In this document: positions 1-10,607 of the stretch, piece by piece
Position numbering within the stretch: the first letter of the stretch is position 1
Layout of the letters: each line of letters begins with the position of its first letter
Assembly: GCA_010093745.1 (NCBI GenBank)
Contig: MU005979.1
Location: 124,001 to 188,000, forward strand
Length of the DNA stretch: 64,000 nt
Direction: 5' to 3'
From: Piedraia hortae CBS 480.64
Taxonomy: Eukaryota
Notes under the pieces: generated by a model
Told to the model about the DNA's origin: nothing
The model's database searches: none
Seen by the model: the letters and a program-made list of their open reading frames with translations, nothing else
Program-made: the position numbers and the translations under genes

Positions 1-1222
1 CCAGCTCGTCCCGCGTGAGCAGTGCATAACCAACTCTAGGTATGATCCAAAGCGGAGCGATTCGACCATGATTCTTGAAATTGTACTTCTTTGGAATATC
101 CTCCCGCAGATAGATGTCAAACTTGTCTTTGTACCGAGCCAAACTTTTGCGAGCGAGCAGCTGGTTGTAAAGCTCAGTAAGAAAGTTGTTATCTTTGGGC
201 CAAATGCCACCCAGTGGCCAGGCATCCCGACGGTGAATCAAATCCATATCAATGAGGTCGTCAAGGATGACGAAACGTGAGGGTTCCACAGCAGCCATGC
301 CGTGGTCTGAAACAACGACGAGGTTTACAATGTCTGTCAGATTGCGTGCTTCGATTCCGAGAAGCACATCGTTGATCATTCCATCTACTCGAGCAACAGC
401 CGTGTTCGCCTCGGCCGAGTCTGGCCCGTAACGATGAGAAGCCGAGTCCACATCGGGTACATAACCTGCAATGAATTGGGGACGGATAGCAGCATCCGAT
501 CTTGCAGCCTGATCAAGCCAGGATAGCAAACGTTTGGCCTTTCGATCCAATGGCTCACGGGCCTTGTATTTGTCAACAATTGCGGGCTCCCAACCGCGAA
601 TCCCACCCGTAACATCGCTTCCAGGCCACATGTGGACAGCGGCATGCAACCCCTGACGGTGAGCAGTAGCCCACAACGGCTCAGCCCCATTCCACCAACG
701 GACTTGTAGTCTGCGAATGGGGTCGTAGTGCGAAAAGAAATCACCTTCGTCTGGGTCCCAAAACGAGTTGGCTACAATGCCGTGGTTCGAGGGATATCGT
801 CCAGTAACCAGAGTATAGTGGTTGGGAAAGGTCAGAGTGGGAAAAGATGGGCGCATATGAGGTGGAGATAAGCCCTGACTGGCAAGAGATAGCAAGGCGG
901 GCGTGATATTGCGTTGAAGGAAATCGGGACGGAATCCATCCAACGATATTAGAATGGTAGTTGGCAGAAACTCGTGTGTGCCATTTGTTCTTGTTGGCTG
1001 GGTTTTCCTCACAGGCTGCGCAGCATGTAAGCGGACAATGTAGTAGATGAGGCCGAGAATGAAAACGAATATCAAAAAGGAGCGGGGCCGGAGGTTTCTG
1101 AGCGAGTATCTACTGCGTCGAGAACGGCTCTGGTAAAAGGTGTGTCCGTAGTCGTCCATCTGAAGCTCTTCGTATTGATTGGCCTGTGGATCCGCATTGC
1201 GAATTGAGTAAGGTCTGTCCAT
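1..1222 (-). CDS. NPP1: Ectonucleotide pyrophosphatase/phosphodiesterase (type I phosphodiesterase family), 3' end outside window
   Basis: Not in the ORF track because it has no stop inside the window. Manual translation from ATG 1222 (alternative 1159) gives a TM segment FLIFVFILGLIYYIV, then PTTILISLDGFRPDFL, PSFPTLTFPNHYTLVTG, HGIVANSFWDP, AEPLW, HMWPGS and VVVSDHGM, the NPP catalytic and metal motifs. Confidence 0.92.
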   Translation of the reverse strand, partial: MDRPYSIRNADPQANQYEELQMDDYGHTFYQSRSRRSRYSLRNLRPRSFLIFVFILGLIYYIVRLHAAQPVRKTQPTRTNGTHEFLPTTILISLDGFRPDFLQRNITPALLSLASQGLSPPHMRPSFPTLTFPNHYTLVTGRYPSNHGIVANSFWDPDEGDFFSHYDPIRRLQVRWWNGAEPLWATAHRQGLHAAVHMWPGSDVTGGIRGWEPAIVDKYKAREPLDRKAKRLLSWLDQAARSDAAIRPQFIAGYVPDVDSASHRYGPDSAEANTAVARVDGMINDVLLGIEARNLTDIVNLVVVSDHGMAAVEPSRFVILDDLIDMDLIHRRDAWPLGGIWPKDNNFLTELYNQLLARKSLARYKDKFDIYLREDIPKKYNFKNHGRIAPLWIIPRVGYALLTRDEL

Positions 1223-1836
1223 CCAAGTCGTAATTTATGTTGTTTCGGATTCTATGAGCCTGACGTCTGATGCAGCGGAGCCTTGTTGGGTTGCTGGCTT
1301 AGATTGTGCAAAGTCAAGTGCTCTTTGTCCTAAACATATCTACGGACATTCATTACGGACAGTTTGTCAAATACCACGATTTTCCGGCTGCAAGCTCACT
1401 GATCACACCATTTCCACAGCATTACATTCTAATTGATACATTTACTGCTTAATGGCATCCTCTCTAACATACAGTTGCTTTTGTTTTCCATCCCCTTTGG
1501 CCACAAAACCTGCATAGAATCGAAAGCGGTACAACGCATCTGCACTACGATAAAATCGGAATTTCAAACAGTCACACAGCACCATTTCCCAAACACGGTT
1601 TGAAACGCGGCAAAGAGCCGTGTGTGGCACACTGTCGGTCTTGTGATGCTCCTCTGTCTCGGTTTTACATTACGTAGACGATGGTCATTAGAGATACAGT
1701 AAGCAGCCAAACAGTAAACAAGACATGTACACATGAGTGGCATGAAAACGTTGCAACCATTCGAGCCGAAACGTTTGGTAGTGGAGACCGCGATTGCTCG
1801 ACTAGTCTGCCATAGAACGATAGGGGGCGAAGGGTC

Positions 1837-3252
1837 TCATTTGCTGAAACCGTTGTATTCAACTCCTTGCATGGCGCTGCTGTTCAGAGGCGGAAGGGAA
1901 ATGGCGCCGCCATTGGCCTGAGACGACTGTTGGCTGAGCTGGGAGGTATAAGGGCCATAGACATGAGGAGAACCAGGATCCAGCCGGCGCAAGTGCTGAT
2001 ACGTGACGCCGAGTTCTGTTTGGAGTAGCTCGATTTCCTTTTGCGCGTCACGGAGAAACGTGTTTTCGCGCTGGAGCCGTTGAACTTCGTGGGCCAAGTG
2101 GCGATCGCTGTGCTGAGAATTTTTGATATGATCAATGGCTGAAAGGGTCAGCTAAGACGGTGCACAAGACAAGAATACAGTACCCTTGGTTAAGATTTCC
2201 CACTTGCTGGCCTTGGCGCCTCCGCTAGAAGGCACGGCTCTGTTTAGCTCTTCAAAAAGGTCTTTCATCTCGCTGCGGCGTTTGCGTTCGGCCAATTTGT
2301 GACTGATTCGCAGCTCCGGTGTACGACTGTAGTTGCCTCCGACCGAGGACATGGAATCATGGTGTAATGCTTGTATGCTGGGGTGCTGTAAGGTGTGATG
2401 ATGAGTTGTGACAGGCGCGTCATCGAGGTGCCGCTGACCTGGTGGCAGCTGAGCATGGGCTGACAGGATAGAGCTGCGCACCGAAGAGGCGGCAAGACTA
2501 TTGTGACGAGAGGGCTGGAGGCTAGTTGTAGAGTCGTAGCTGGCCGAGCGCCTGGAAGGGCCATCGTCCGGGCCCAAAGGGCCATCAGGAAAAGCCCACG
2601 GGTAGCCCTGAGTGGGTCTGGGGGCCGTTGGATCAGGCCCACCGGCGCTTCTGCCAACGGGGAGGATAGGTGGGGCTACCCTCGGCGGGTGAGCCGCGCG
2701 CAAGCTAGAGCGACAACTAGCTGGGGACATGGGGACGGGCCGTCGCTGGCTAGCTGCTAGCGATATTTGAGATGGATTAGCCGAGTCGTAGGGTGATGTG
2801 GGCGTGTGGATGTTGAGGCTACTGAGGTTGTGAACTCGACTGTCTATGCTACTCCGCCTGGAGTCGAAGGCGACATCACGAGACGTGCGATTGGAGGCCG
2901 CCCCGTTGACGTCAACATATAATGAGTGACTGAACGCTGGCAGCTTGGACTGTGCCCTGGCCGACAGCGGCGTATCGGGGCCGACGCTAGTGGAGTTCCG
3001 AGGCGGTGAGTCGTCAGGGTTGAGGAGGGTCCGCACCTGAAGGCTCTGTGGATTGGCTCCTTGACCAGGCCAGTGACCCGAATCACGGGCTGAGTCGGCC
3101 GTCGAGGCGCCGTCAGGCGACGGGCGGAAGAAGTTTGATGCAGAAGCTGAGGTTGGCGGACCATTCGTCACACCGGGAAAGTTGCTTGTGATGGCGCTGA
3201 TCGAGGGCAGCTGTGAGGCTCGCGTGGGGGACGAAAGATCCGGCGAGGCCAT
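1837..3252 (-). CDS. bHLH transcription factor with C-terminal coiled coil; join(2184..3252,1837..2138)
   Basis: Basic-HLH region YSRTPELRISHKLAERKRRSEMKDLFEELNRAVP...KASKWEILTK. A 45-nt intron (2139-2183; GTACTG...GCTGAC...CAG) restores AIDHIK and joins the 1837..2097 ORF. Confidence 0.88.
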
Positions 3253-4233
3253 TGGCAAAGAGTGGGAAAAAAAAGATGCGTGCACGTCGCAGATGTATGG
3301 GAAAACGGCGATGGGGAAGAGGAACATGGACCGGGCGGGGCTTTGTCTGCGTGTGCCTTGCATGAACTAGCTCTCGCTCTGTGTGACTGCCAAAGTATGG
3401 TTGCTTTGATTGATTTTCGGTCACGATTGGCCCCACATTGATTGACGAACGTGGTTGGACAGGCGTGTTCGGCCGTCCACGTGGGTCGCGTTTCACATTT
3501 GATTGACTTTGTTACTGGTTGCGCGTTCTATGCCTACACCAATTTGGTTAATCGCTTTCATTGATAGAAAAAACAAAGCTGCGGCCGGAGTTTGTTCGAG
3601 AAATATCGTCGATTTGGAGCTAAATAGGACTGTGGAAAACATTGGTCTGGAATCGAAAAGCTCCATCACCGGAAATAACAGCCGACGCTAGTCAGATCTT
3701 ATTGATAGGAATCGCCCGGGCCAAAGGCAACACGGCTTTTACAGGATCATGCAGCGCATATGGCCCAAGTGGGGCCTGATATTCGAAGAGTTCTGACAAC
3801 TCGATTGTCGAGTGCGACAAGCCCTCGTCAGACGAGTAATCAAATGTTTGGTCGAGGAATATGTCGAATCGGTCATGAGAATGAATGAACGTTGAGAGGT
3901 TGATGCAAGAGCCGAGTACATACATAAGAAGAATTGTGGTAGGCACAAGAGGTTATAGCTCGACTATTTCGAGACCTAAACAAAATGTCTGACAGGCACG
4001 AAGCGTGAGATAAGGCCATGTGACTAAGAACACCGAACAGAAGATGACATTGCACAGCTATGAAGTGGACACTAGAACGGAATTGATTAGCTGGAGAGAT
4101 GGTGCATGTTATGTACAGAACGTTGCTGGAGCATGTTCTGTGCAGCTTTCTGCATTGCATCTGCGCAGATATGATTTTGATTGATCGATTCATTAAACCC
4201 TCATTCCGAAGCTTCCCACGTGCTCGCTACGAA

Positions 4234-5281
4234 CTACCATCCGTACAAGCCGCCCCCGCCAAACACCAGTAGTGCACCTGTCATTAACAAACCTCCGATA
4301 TCGTGTCCAAACGCCACTGCGCTCAACACAAAAGACGCCAGTTTCCGCATGTTGAGCACCACAGTCACCGTTACGGCCGACGACTGGGCCGAGAGGACGT
4401 TGACCCCGGTGATGCATGCCAACTGCGTCACTGCATTGACCACCAGCCACGCTGTCCCGGCGGGTATCCCTCGTGTTGTGTTGCCTGTAATTGTAATCGG
4501 ATGCGTGGCCGCCAGCCGCCGCCACTGTCCCTGTAACACTGACGCCAGTGGCAGAAACAGTGGTAGCGACAGAGCGTGTGAATAAAAGAGGTTCTCCTTC
4601 CAACTTGCCTGATATTTGCTGTACGTTTCCTCAACGTACACGCCCATGTACGCACCAAGCAATTGGGCCACTAGTAGAAGCAGGAGCCCTTGGCTCGTTC
4701 CGCCGAGTTTCATCCGTTTGCCCTATTTCCCTTAGCTCTCAACAAACCTTTTTTTTTCCAAACGAAAAAACGATACCTTGGCTTCGGCATCTGCCCAGGC
4801 ACTGACAACAACCCCAACAGTCAGCACAACCACACCAGCGATTTGCGTGGGTTTAAATCTCTTCCCTCGCCAAACCCCAACAAGCATAGTAATAACACTC
4901 CCGAAACTTCGCAGGATGATATGCATGGGAACACTAATTCGGAACGCAAACGCCCAATTGTTAAGCATATTGATTGCAAAAAAGAGAAAAGCAATAGTCA
5001 TCCATCTTCTTTGGGGGACTCGTTCCTTTGCTCCTTTGGTCGTCTTGACACTTTTTGTCCTTCCCAGCACGGCTGGCGCAGCCGCCAGCGCGGCTACCAC
5101 AAACTGACAAAAGGTAATCAGTAACCCTGTTAATTTAATCGTCAATTGCTTTTGGAATCGTTTCGGAGACGAGTCCCATACCGCTATCAGACTCATGTTG
5201 AAGGACCGCCTCGAGTGCGAAAACGTTGGAACAACAGCCACCGAAGATTAGTCCTGACGTTGCCAACGTGTCCCAGGCCAT
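4234..5281 (-). CDS. YEA4: UDP-N-acetylglucosamine transporter (UAA / SLC35B4 family), 3 exons
   Basis: Exon 1 from ATG 5281 reads MAWDTLATSGLIFGGCCSNVFALE. Later exons contain GLLITFCQF, NNWAFAFRISVPMHIILRS, WKENLFYSHALSLPLF and VTVTVVLNMRKLASF, typical of YEA4/SLC35B4. Confidence 0.9.
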
Positions 5282-5674
5282 GCGGAGAGACGGTTGACAG
5301 CTACAGTTTAGGGAAGTAGGCTATCGAATTATGTAAGCTGACGCAAGGGTATTGAATGCGCGGATTATTACGTTGACTGACGCTTGGTAATTGGCAATTG
5401 GAGCCTTTTCTGACATGAGTCGCGTGGATTAAAGCTCCGAAGGGGTTACAAAGGTGTCGCGTGAGGCAACAGCTTCGTGACTCGTGGATACAGATTTGAG
5501 CATGCCGATGTCAAAGCTAAAACAAAGGGTTTGGTGAGACCGGCCCGAGCTCTCCCACAAAATCTTCTAGGCACTGGGCTCGCGGTTAGGGCAGAACCGG
5601 AACGAATCATGCCAAACCATTAAAGTTATAAGAACCTCTCACTGCTGCGGAAGAAACAAGACAAGTAATTTCCA

Positions 5675-7291
5675 CTATCGACTGAGAGCAATGTCATCGA
5701 TGCGTAGAATCATCTTGACAGTCTCGCTCGCCAACTCAATGGCGCTTGTTGAAACCAAAAGCGGCTGCATAACGCCTTCACCCGTGCTAGTTGTTGTGCC
5801 GTCGCCCGCTCCCATGACACCAACACCGCCACGTTTGATAGACACGCCGACGTTGTTTTCGCCCTTTGCGTGGCGAGCTCGGAGCTCTGTCACAACTTTG
5901 ATGGCGTTCAGACCCGCGTTCTCCGCCAGCGTCACCGGGACTACCTCAAGCGCATCGGCAAACGCTTTCCAGCATATGCTGTCCGGGTAGAGGGCAGTTG
6001 TTGCGTCTCGGGACAGCGCCGTAGCTACTGCCATTTCTGGAGCACCGCCACCGGGGAGAAGGGCGCGTTTCTTGACGAGACACCGCACCACGCACATGGC
6101 ATCGTGGAGTGAACGCGCTGCTTCATCGAGAATAAGACTATTTGCTCCTCGTGCAACAATTGACACGGTCCTGGGGCTGTTTTCCTTGGCATGTTTGACA
6201 CCGGTAACTTTGGTGTAGCGTGCGCCAAGAGAAGACACCTCCTCCACCAGGTCAGCTGATCCAAGCATATCTTCATGGAATGAGTCAATGTCAGCAACTG
6301 GTTTGCAGCCGGTTGACTTGCATATGAACTCGATTTCATCCCGCTCAATGTCCTTGACTACCAGAATGCCGAGTTTATAGAGGAAATGCAGAGAAAGATC
6401 GTTGACGGCGTCGCGAAGAATGCTCTTTTGGATCAGCAGGACGTTGCACTTGGCCTTTTTGATTTTTTTTGCCATGTTGAGCAGATAGGTGCGCTCTTCT
6501 TTGAGGATCTTGTCCATCTGTCTATAGTCGTTCACCACGATCTGATTCTCCATGTCTGGCTTTGGAGGGCTAAGCTGGAACTGGATGAGGCCGATCTTGG
6601 CCTTCTCGATTCGAGTAGGGCCACCAGCAGATTTGACAACCGGTTGGCCAAGCACGAGTCCATCGATCATCTCACTGTCGTCAATCACACCCCCGGGTTT
6701 TTTCAGAATTCGCACATTTTTCAGGTCAGCGTTGCTTGCGTATTTTGGGTCAATGATGCGTAGAACGGCATCAACAGCCATTGGTGCAAGTTTTGGTTCC
6801 TGACTGACAATTTTGGAACTCAAAGATGTCGATGCAGCCTTGAGCAGCGTCTGTCGGTCAGCGAGGTTGATGGGCACGCTGATCTCCTCCAGCACTTGGA
6901 CTGCACGGGTAGCAGCCCGCTGAAAAGACTCGGAAATGATTGTTGGGTGAATTCCCTTTCCCAAGAGCCTCTCTGCTGCTCCGAGAAGACTCCCAGCTAT
7001 TACCACGACCGAAGTCGTTCCATCTCCTGCTTCGATGTCCTGCGCATTTGCCAAGTCCACCAACATTTTTGCCGCAGGATGCATGACAGCCATATCTTTT
7101 AGCATTGTGTTCCCATCGTTTGTGATGATCGTTTCGCCCTTGCCCGTCTGAATCATCTTGTCCATTCCGCGGGGACCCAATGAGGTCCGTATGGCATCAG
7201 CTACCGCTCTGGCAGCAGTGATGTTGGCCATACGCACGGCCTGTGGCTTTTCTTTGTCACGAAAGGCATTATTACCTGCACCTTGGGCCAT
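5675..7291 (-). CDS. CCT4: T-complex protein 1 subunit delta (CCT/TRiC)
   Basis: Motifs [31 protein letters not shown] and [35 protein letters not shown] (delta-specific). Intronless; likely start MAQGAG at 7291. Confidence 0.97.
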   Translation of the reverse strand: MAQGAGNNAFRDKEKPQAVRMANITAARAVADAIRTSLGPRGMDKMIQTGKGETIITNDGNTMLKDMAVMHPAAKMLVDLANAQDIEAGDGTTSVVVIAGSLLGAAERLLGKGIHPTIISESFQRAATRAVQVLEEISVPINLADRQTLLKAASTSLSSKIVSQEPKLAPMAVDAVLRIIDPKYASNADLKNVRILKKPGGVIDDSEMIDGLVLGQPVVKSAGGPTRIEKAKIGLIQFQLSPPKPDMENQIVVNDYRQMDKILKEERTYLLNMAKKIKKAKCNVLLIQKSILRDAVNDLSLHFLYKLGILVVKDIERDEIEFICKSTGCKPVADIDSFHEDMLGSADLVEEVSSLGARYTKVTGVKHAKENSPRTVSIVARGANSLILDEAARSLHDAMCVVRCLVKKRALLPGGGAPEMAVATALSRDATTALYPDSICWKAFADALEVVPVTLAENAGLNAIKVVTELRARHAKGENNVGVSIKRGGVGVMGAGDGTTTSTGEGVMQPLLVSTSAIELASETVKMILRIDDIALSR

Positions 7292-7438
7292 GATGCTGCA
7301 GTGTTGAGCCGTTGGACAAAAAGTTTCCAGACAGGTGAGGTGGGGCAAGGACCGGACCGCCCCCGCTCGGCCCGCTCCTTGACGCAACGTCAAGCCAGAT
7401 TACCAATTCGATTCAAAGCACGCCTAGAACGACTCAAC

Positions 7439-8803
7439 ATGCCTTCTGCACGCGGGGAGAACTGGGAAAAGTACCAGAAGAAGTTTGTGGACGAAGAGGA
7501 GGAGGAGAAGAAGATCACGCCGCTGTCAGAAGCGTAAGTAGGGCTGCGACAAGGACGAGTCAAGGCTAATGACAGCAGTGACATCCAGGTGCTCCAGAGC
7601 TACAATGCTGCACCCTACGCACATGCGCTAAAGAATCTCGAGAAGCAAATCAAAGAGAAACAGGCGTCGGTGAACGAGAAGATAGGAGTCAAGGAGTCGG
7701 AAACGGGCCTGGCGCCGCCGAACTTATGGGACATCGCCAATGACCGTCAGCGAATGAGCGAAGAGCAGCCGCTACAGGTGGCGCGCTGCACCAAGATCAT
7801 TACGGACGAAAAGGACTCTGAGAAGAGCAAGTATGTCATCAATGTGAAGCAAATTGCAAAATTTGTTGTCAATCTGGGTGAACGAGTGTCACCGACTGAC
7901 ATTGAAGAGGGCATGCGCGTCGGCGTGGAGCGGAACAAATATCAGATCATGCTGCCGCTGCCGCCTAAGATCGATCCCAGCGTGACGATGATGCAGGTTG
8001 AGGAGAAGCCGGATGTGACTTATGGCGATGTTGGAGGCAAGAAGGAGGAAATTGAGAAGCTGCGGGAGGTAGTGGAGATGCCGCTGTTGTCGCCCGAGCG
8101 CTTTGTCAATCTGGGTATCGATCCACCCAAGGGTGCGCTGCTGTACGGCCCTCCTGGAACGGGAAAGACTCTGTGTGCGCGCGCCGTGGCAAACAGGACC
8201 GATGCAACCTTTATCCGTGTCATTGGATCTGAATTGGTGCAAAAGTACGTGGGTGAGGGAGCGCGAATGGTGCGAGAGTTGTTTGAAATGGCGCGCACGA
8301 AGAAGGCGTGCATCATTTTCTTTGACGAAATCGATGCAATTGGAGGCGCTCGGTTTGATGACGGCCAGGGCGGAGACAACGAAGTGCAACGGACCATGCT
8401 GGAGCTCATCACTCAACTCGATGGATTCGACAGCAGAGGCAATATCAAGGTCATGTTCGCCACCAACCGGCCTTCGACTCTTGATCCGGCGCTGATGAGA
8501 CCGGGCCGTATTGACCGCAAGATTGAATTTTCACTCCCCGATATGGAGGGTCGGGCACACATTCTGCGCATCCACGCAAAGTCCATGTCGGTGGAGCGTG
8601 ATATCCGCTGGGAACTTATCTCACGCATGTGTCCAAACTCGACGGGCGCTGAACTTAGGGCGGTGGCGACCGAAGCAGGAATGTTTGCAATCAGAGCACG
8701 ACGGAAGGTTGCAACGGAAAAGGATTTCCTCAGTGCAGTAGAAAAGGTCATCCGGGCCGGGATCAAGTTCAATTCGACGGCTGCCTATGCGCAGTACAAC
8801 TAG
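7439..8803 (+). CDS. RPT1: 26S proteasome AAA-ATPase subunit Rpt1 (PSMC2); intron ~7534-7578
   Basis: Exon 1 [12 protein letters not shown]..., then [21 protein letters not shown], Walker A GPPGTGKT, Walker B FFDEID and [13 protein letters not shown]. Confidence 0.97.
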
Positions 8804-9012
8804 GGTAATGTTTATACTACTGTGACAGTATTCGAGCAATAGAGTGAGAAGAAAATGCTAACGCGTGTATGTGTGTGCGTGAAAACTCTGACGAGCCAAG
8901 CCACGCGGGTCGGACCGTTCCGCCCAATCACACCTGCTCAACAGGGAAGTTTGCTGTGACGTACCCAACGAGGTTCGAACGTAAGCAGAGCAACAACAGT
9001 CAATCACACATC

Positions 9013-10464
9013 ATGGACAAAAATTCTCAGCAGAGACGAGGTTCTAGCGGCCGGAGTTCCAGTCGATCCAGTTATTACACATCACGCCCACGCTTTGACC
9101 GCTTGGGCAACCCAATGCCTGACCACAGCACAAAGTTTGCACTTCCAGGCGATTTGGGGCCCAGCGACCCGAGGTGGACTGACTCGCCTGCATCATTGCC
9201 AGGAGATCTTGGGCCGAACGATCCACGACGAAGCGGCAGTCCACACGTGACTATCACGAGTGAAGAGACACCCAAGGAAGGCGCTATTGAGGGTGCAGCG
9301 AGCGAAGGCGATGGTGACGGCGATACCGAAGGGGAGGAAGGAACGCGGGGCCGAGGCAGAGGCCGGAAGAGACCGGAACCGGGAGTCACAACCAGCGGCA
9401 AGGCAGTCAATGTGCAGAATGAAGACGATGATGAAAGTCCAAAAGTGAAGCCTGACCCTACAAAGGGCGAAAGTAAATTTACGGGGCTGCGGGTGCCTAA
9501 GATAAAGACTCCGGCTGCTGAAGGCAAGCGTGTGCACCCCAGTACCGCCTTTGATGCCGCTCCATCCGGCGCTAGTACGCCCTTTGGTTCGGATGATGAG
9601 CGGCGGTCGGAGCTGCGAGAGGCCCAGAAACTGACACTTACCATGTCGGCCATCCACAACACGCCTGCTGCCCACCGCGTTATTCGCCAAATAATTCGCG
9701 GGGACTATGTCCGTCTGCAGCAGGAAGCAGCGGCGGGCAAGCGGCGGCAGCGAATGTACCTCGTAGCCACAGATCTCTCTCCAGAGTCTGAATACGCACT
9801 TGAATGGACGATTGGAACGGTGCTGAGGGACGGAGACACTCTGTTTGCCGTCTATGCGAGCGATCTGGAGAGTCTTGCAGGCGGAGCGGACGAAGGCGGC
9901 GTAGAAATTGGCCACGGGGCGGAAATGGTCAAGGACACGGCACAGATTGTTAACGCGTTGCCAAATGCCAACGTTCCTCAGTCTCCCGGTCCGTCAAACC
10001 TCGCACCGCGGAGCCTTAGTCGCGGCCAGTTCAGCCCGGCAGTATCAGAACGATACCGTGCTATTGAGGATATTTCGCAGCGATGCATCCATCTCCTCCG
10101 CAAGACGCGGCTGCAGGTGCGGATCGTAGTCGAGGTTTTCCACTGCAAATCTCCGCGCCACATGATGACGGAACTCATCGACTATCTCTCGCCCACGCTG
10201 GTCATCATTGGCAGCCGCGGGCGGAGCGCAGTCAAAGGCGTTTTGCTTGGAAGCTTCTCCAACTATCTCGTCACCAAAAGCTCGGTGCCGGTTATGGTGG
10301 CACGAAAGAAGCTGCGGAAGCATTCTAAGAGCAAGCGAAACAAGGACGGCACTCTTAACCCCTACGCCGGCACTGGAAGGAGCGGTATGTTTACCAACGT
10401 CATCCAAGCACCCAAGAGAATGGGTCTTCGAGTCCAAGGCTGGGACCAGGTTGGCATCGACTAG
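9013..10464 (+). CDS. Universal stress protein (USP) domain protein with disordered N-terminus
   Basis: YLVATDLSPESEYALEWTIGTVLRDGDTL...LVIIGSRGRSAVKGVLLGSFSNYLVTKSSVPVMV matches the USP ATP-binding G-2x-G-9x-GS motif. Start is uncertain (9013 preferred, 8869 possible). Confidence 0.88.
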   Translation: MDKNSQQRRGSSGRSSSRSSYYTSRPRFDRLGNPMPDHSTKFALPGDLGPSDPRWTDSPASLPGDLGPNDPRRSGSPHVTITSEETPKEGAIEGAASEGDGDGDTEGEEGTRGRGRGRKRPEPGVTTSGKAVNVQNEDDDESPKVKPDPTKGESKFTGLRVPKIKTPAAEGKRVHPSTAFDAAPSGASTPFGSDDERRSELREAQKLTLTMSAIHNTPAAHRVIRQIIRGDYVRLQQEAAAGKRRQRMYLVATDLSPESEYALEWTIGTVLRDGDTLFAVYASDLESLAGGADEGGVEIGHGAEMVKDTAQIVNALPNANVPQSPGPSNLAPRSLSRGQFSPAVSERYRAIEDISQRCIHLLRKTRLQVRIVVEVFHCKSPRHMMTELIDYLSPTLVIIGSRGRSAVKGVLLGSFSNYLVTKSSVPVMVARKKLRKHSKSKRNKDGTLNPYAGTGRSGMFTNVIQAPKRMGLRVQGWDQVGID

Positions 10465-10607
10465 GTGTGGAGGGTGAAAAAAAATTATGATTTTAGCATG
10501 ATGACACAACTCCTTACGCCTTTTTTATCCATCCCATGAGGCAGATGATACACAAGCCAAAGCTCCGTGAAGTCTACAAAAGCAAAACAAAAGACCCCAT
10601 CACTCCC

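Noticed and set aside
3692..4193. Short ORFs between the bHLH gene and YEA4
   Set aside because: No motifs or codon bias; probably promoter or UTR.
7339..7350. GGTGGGGCAAGG as an Rpn4/PACE site for RPT1
   Set aside because: Does not match GGTGGCAAA well enough.
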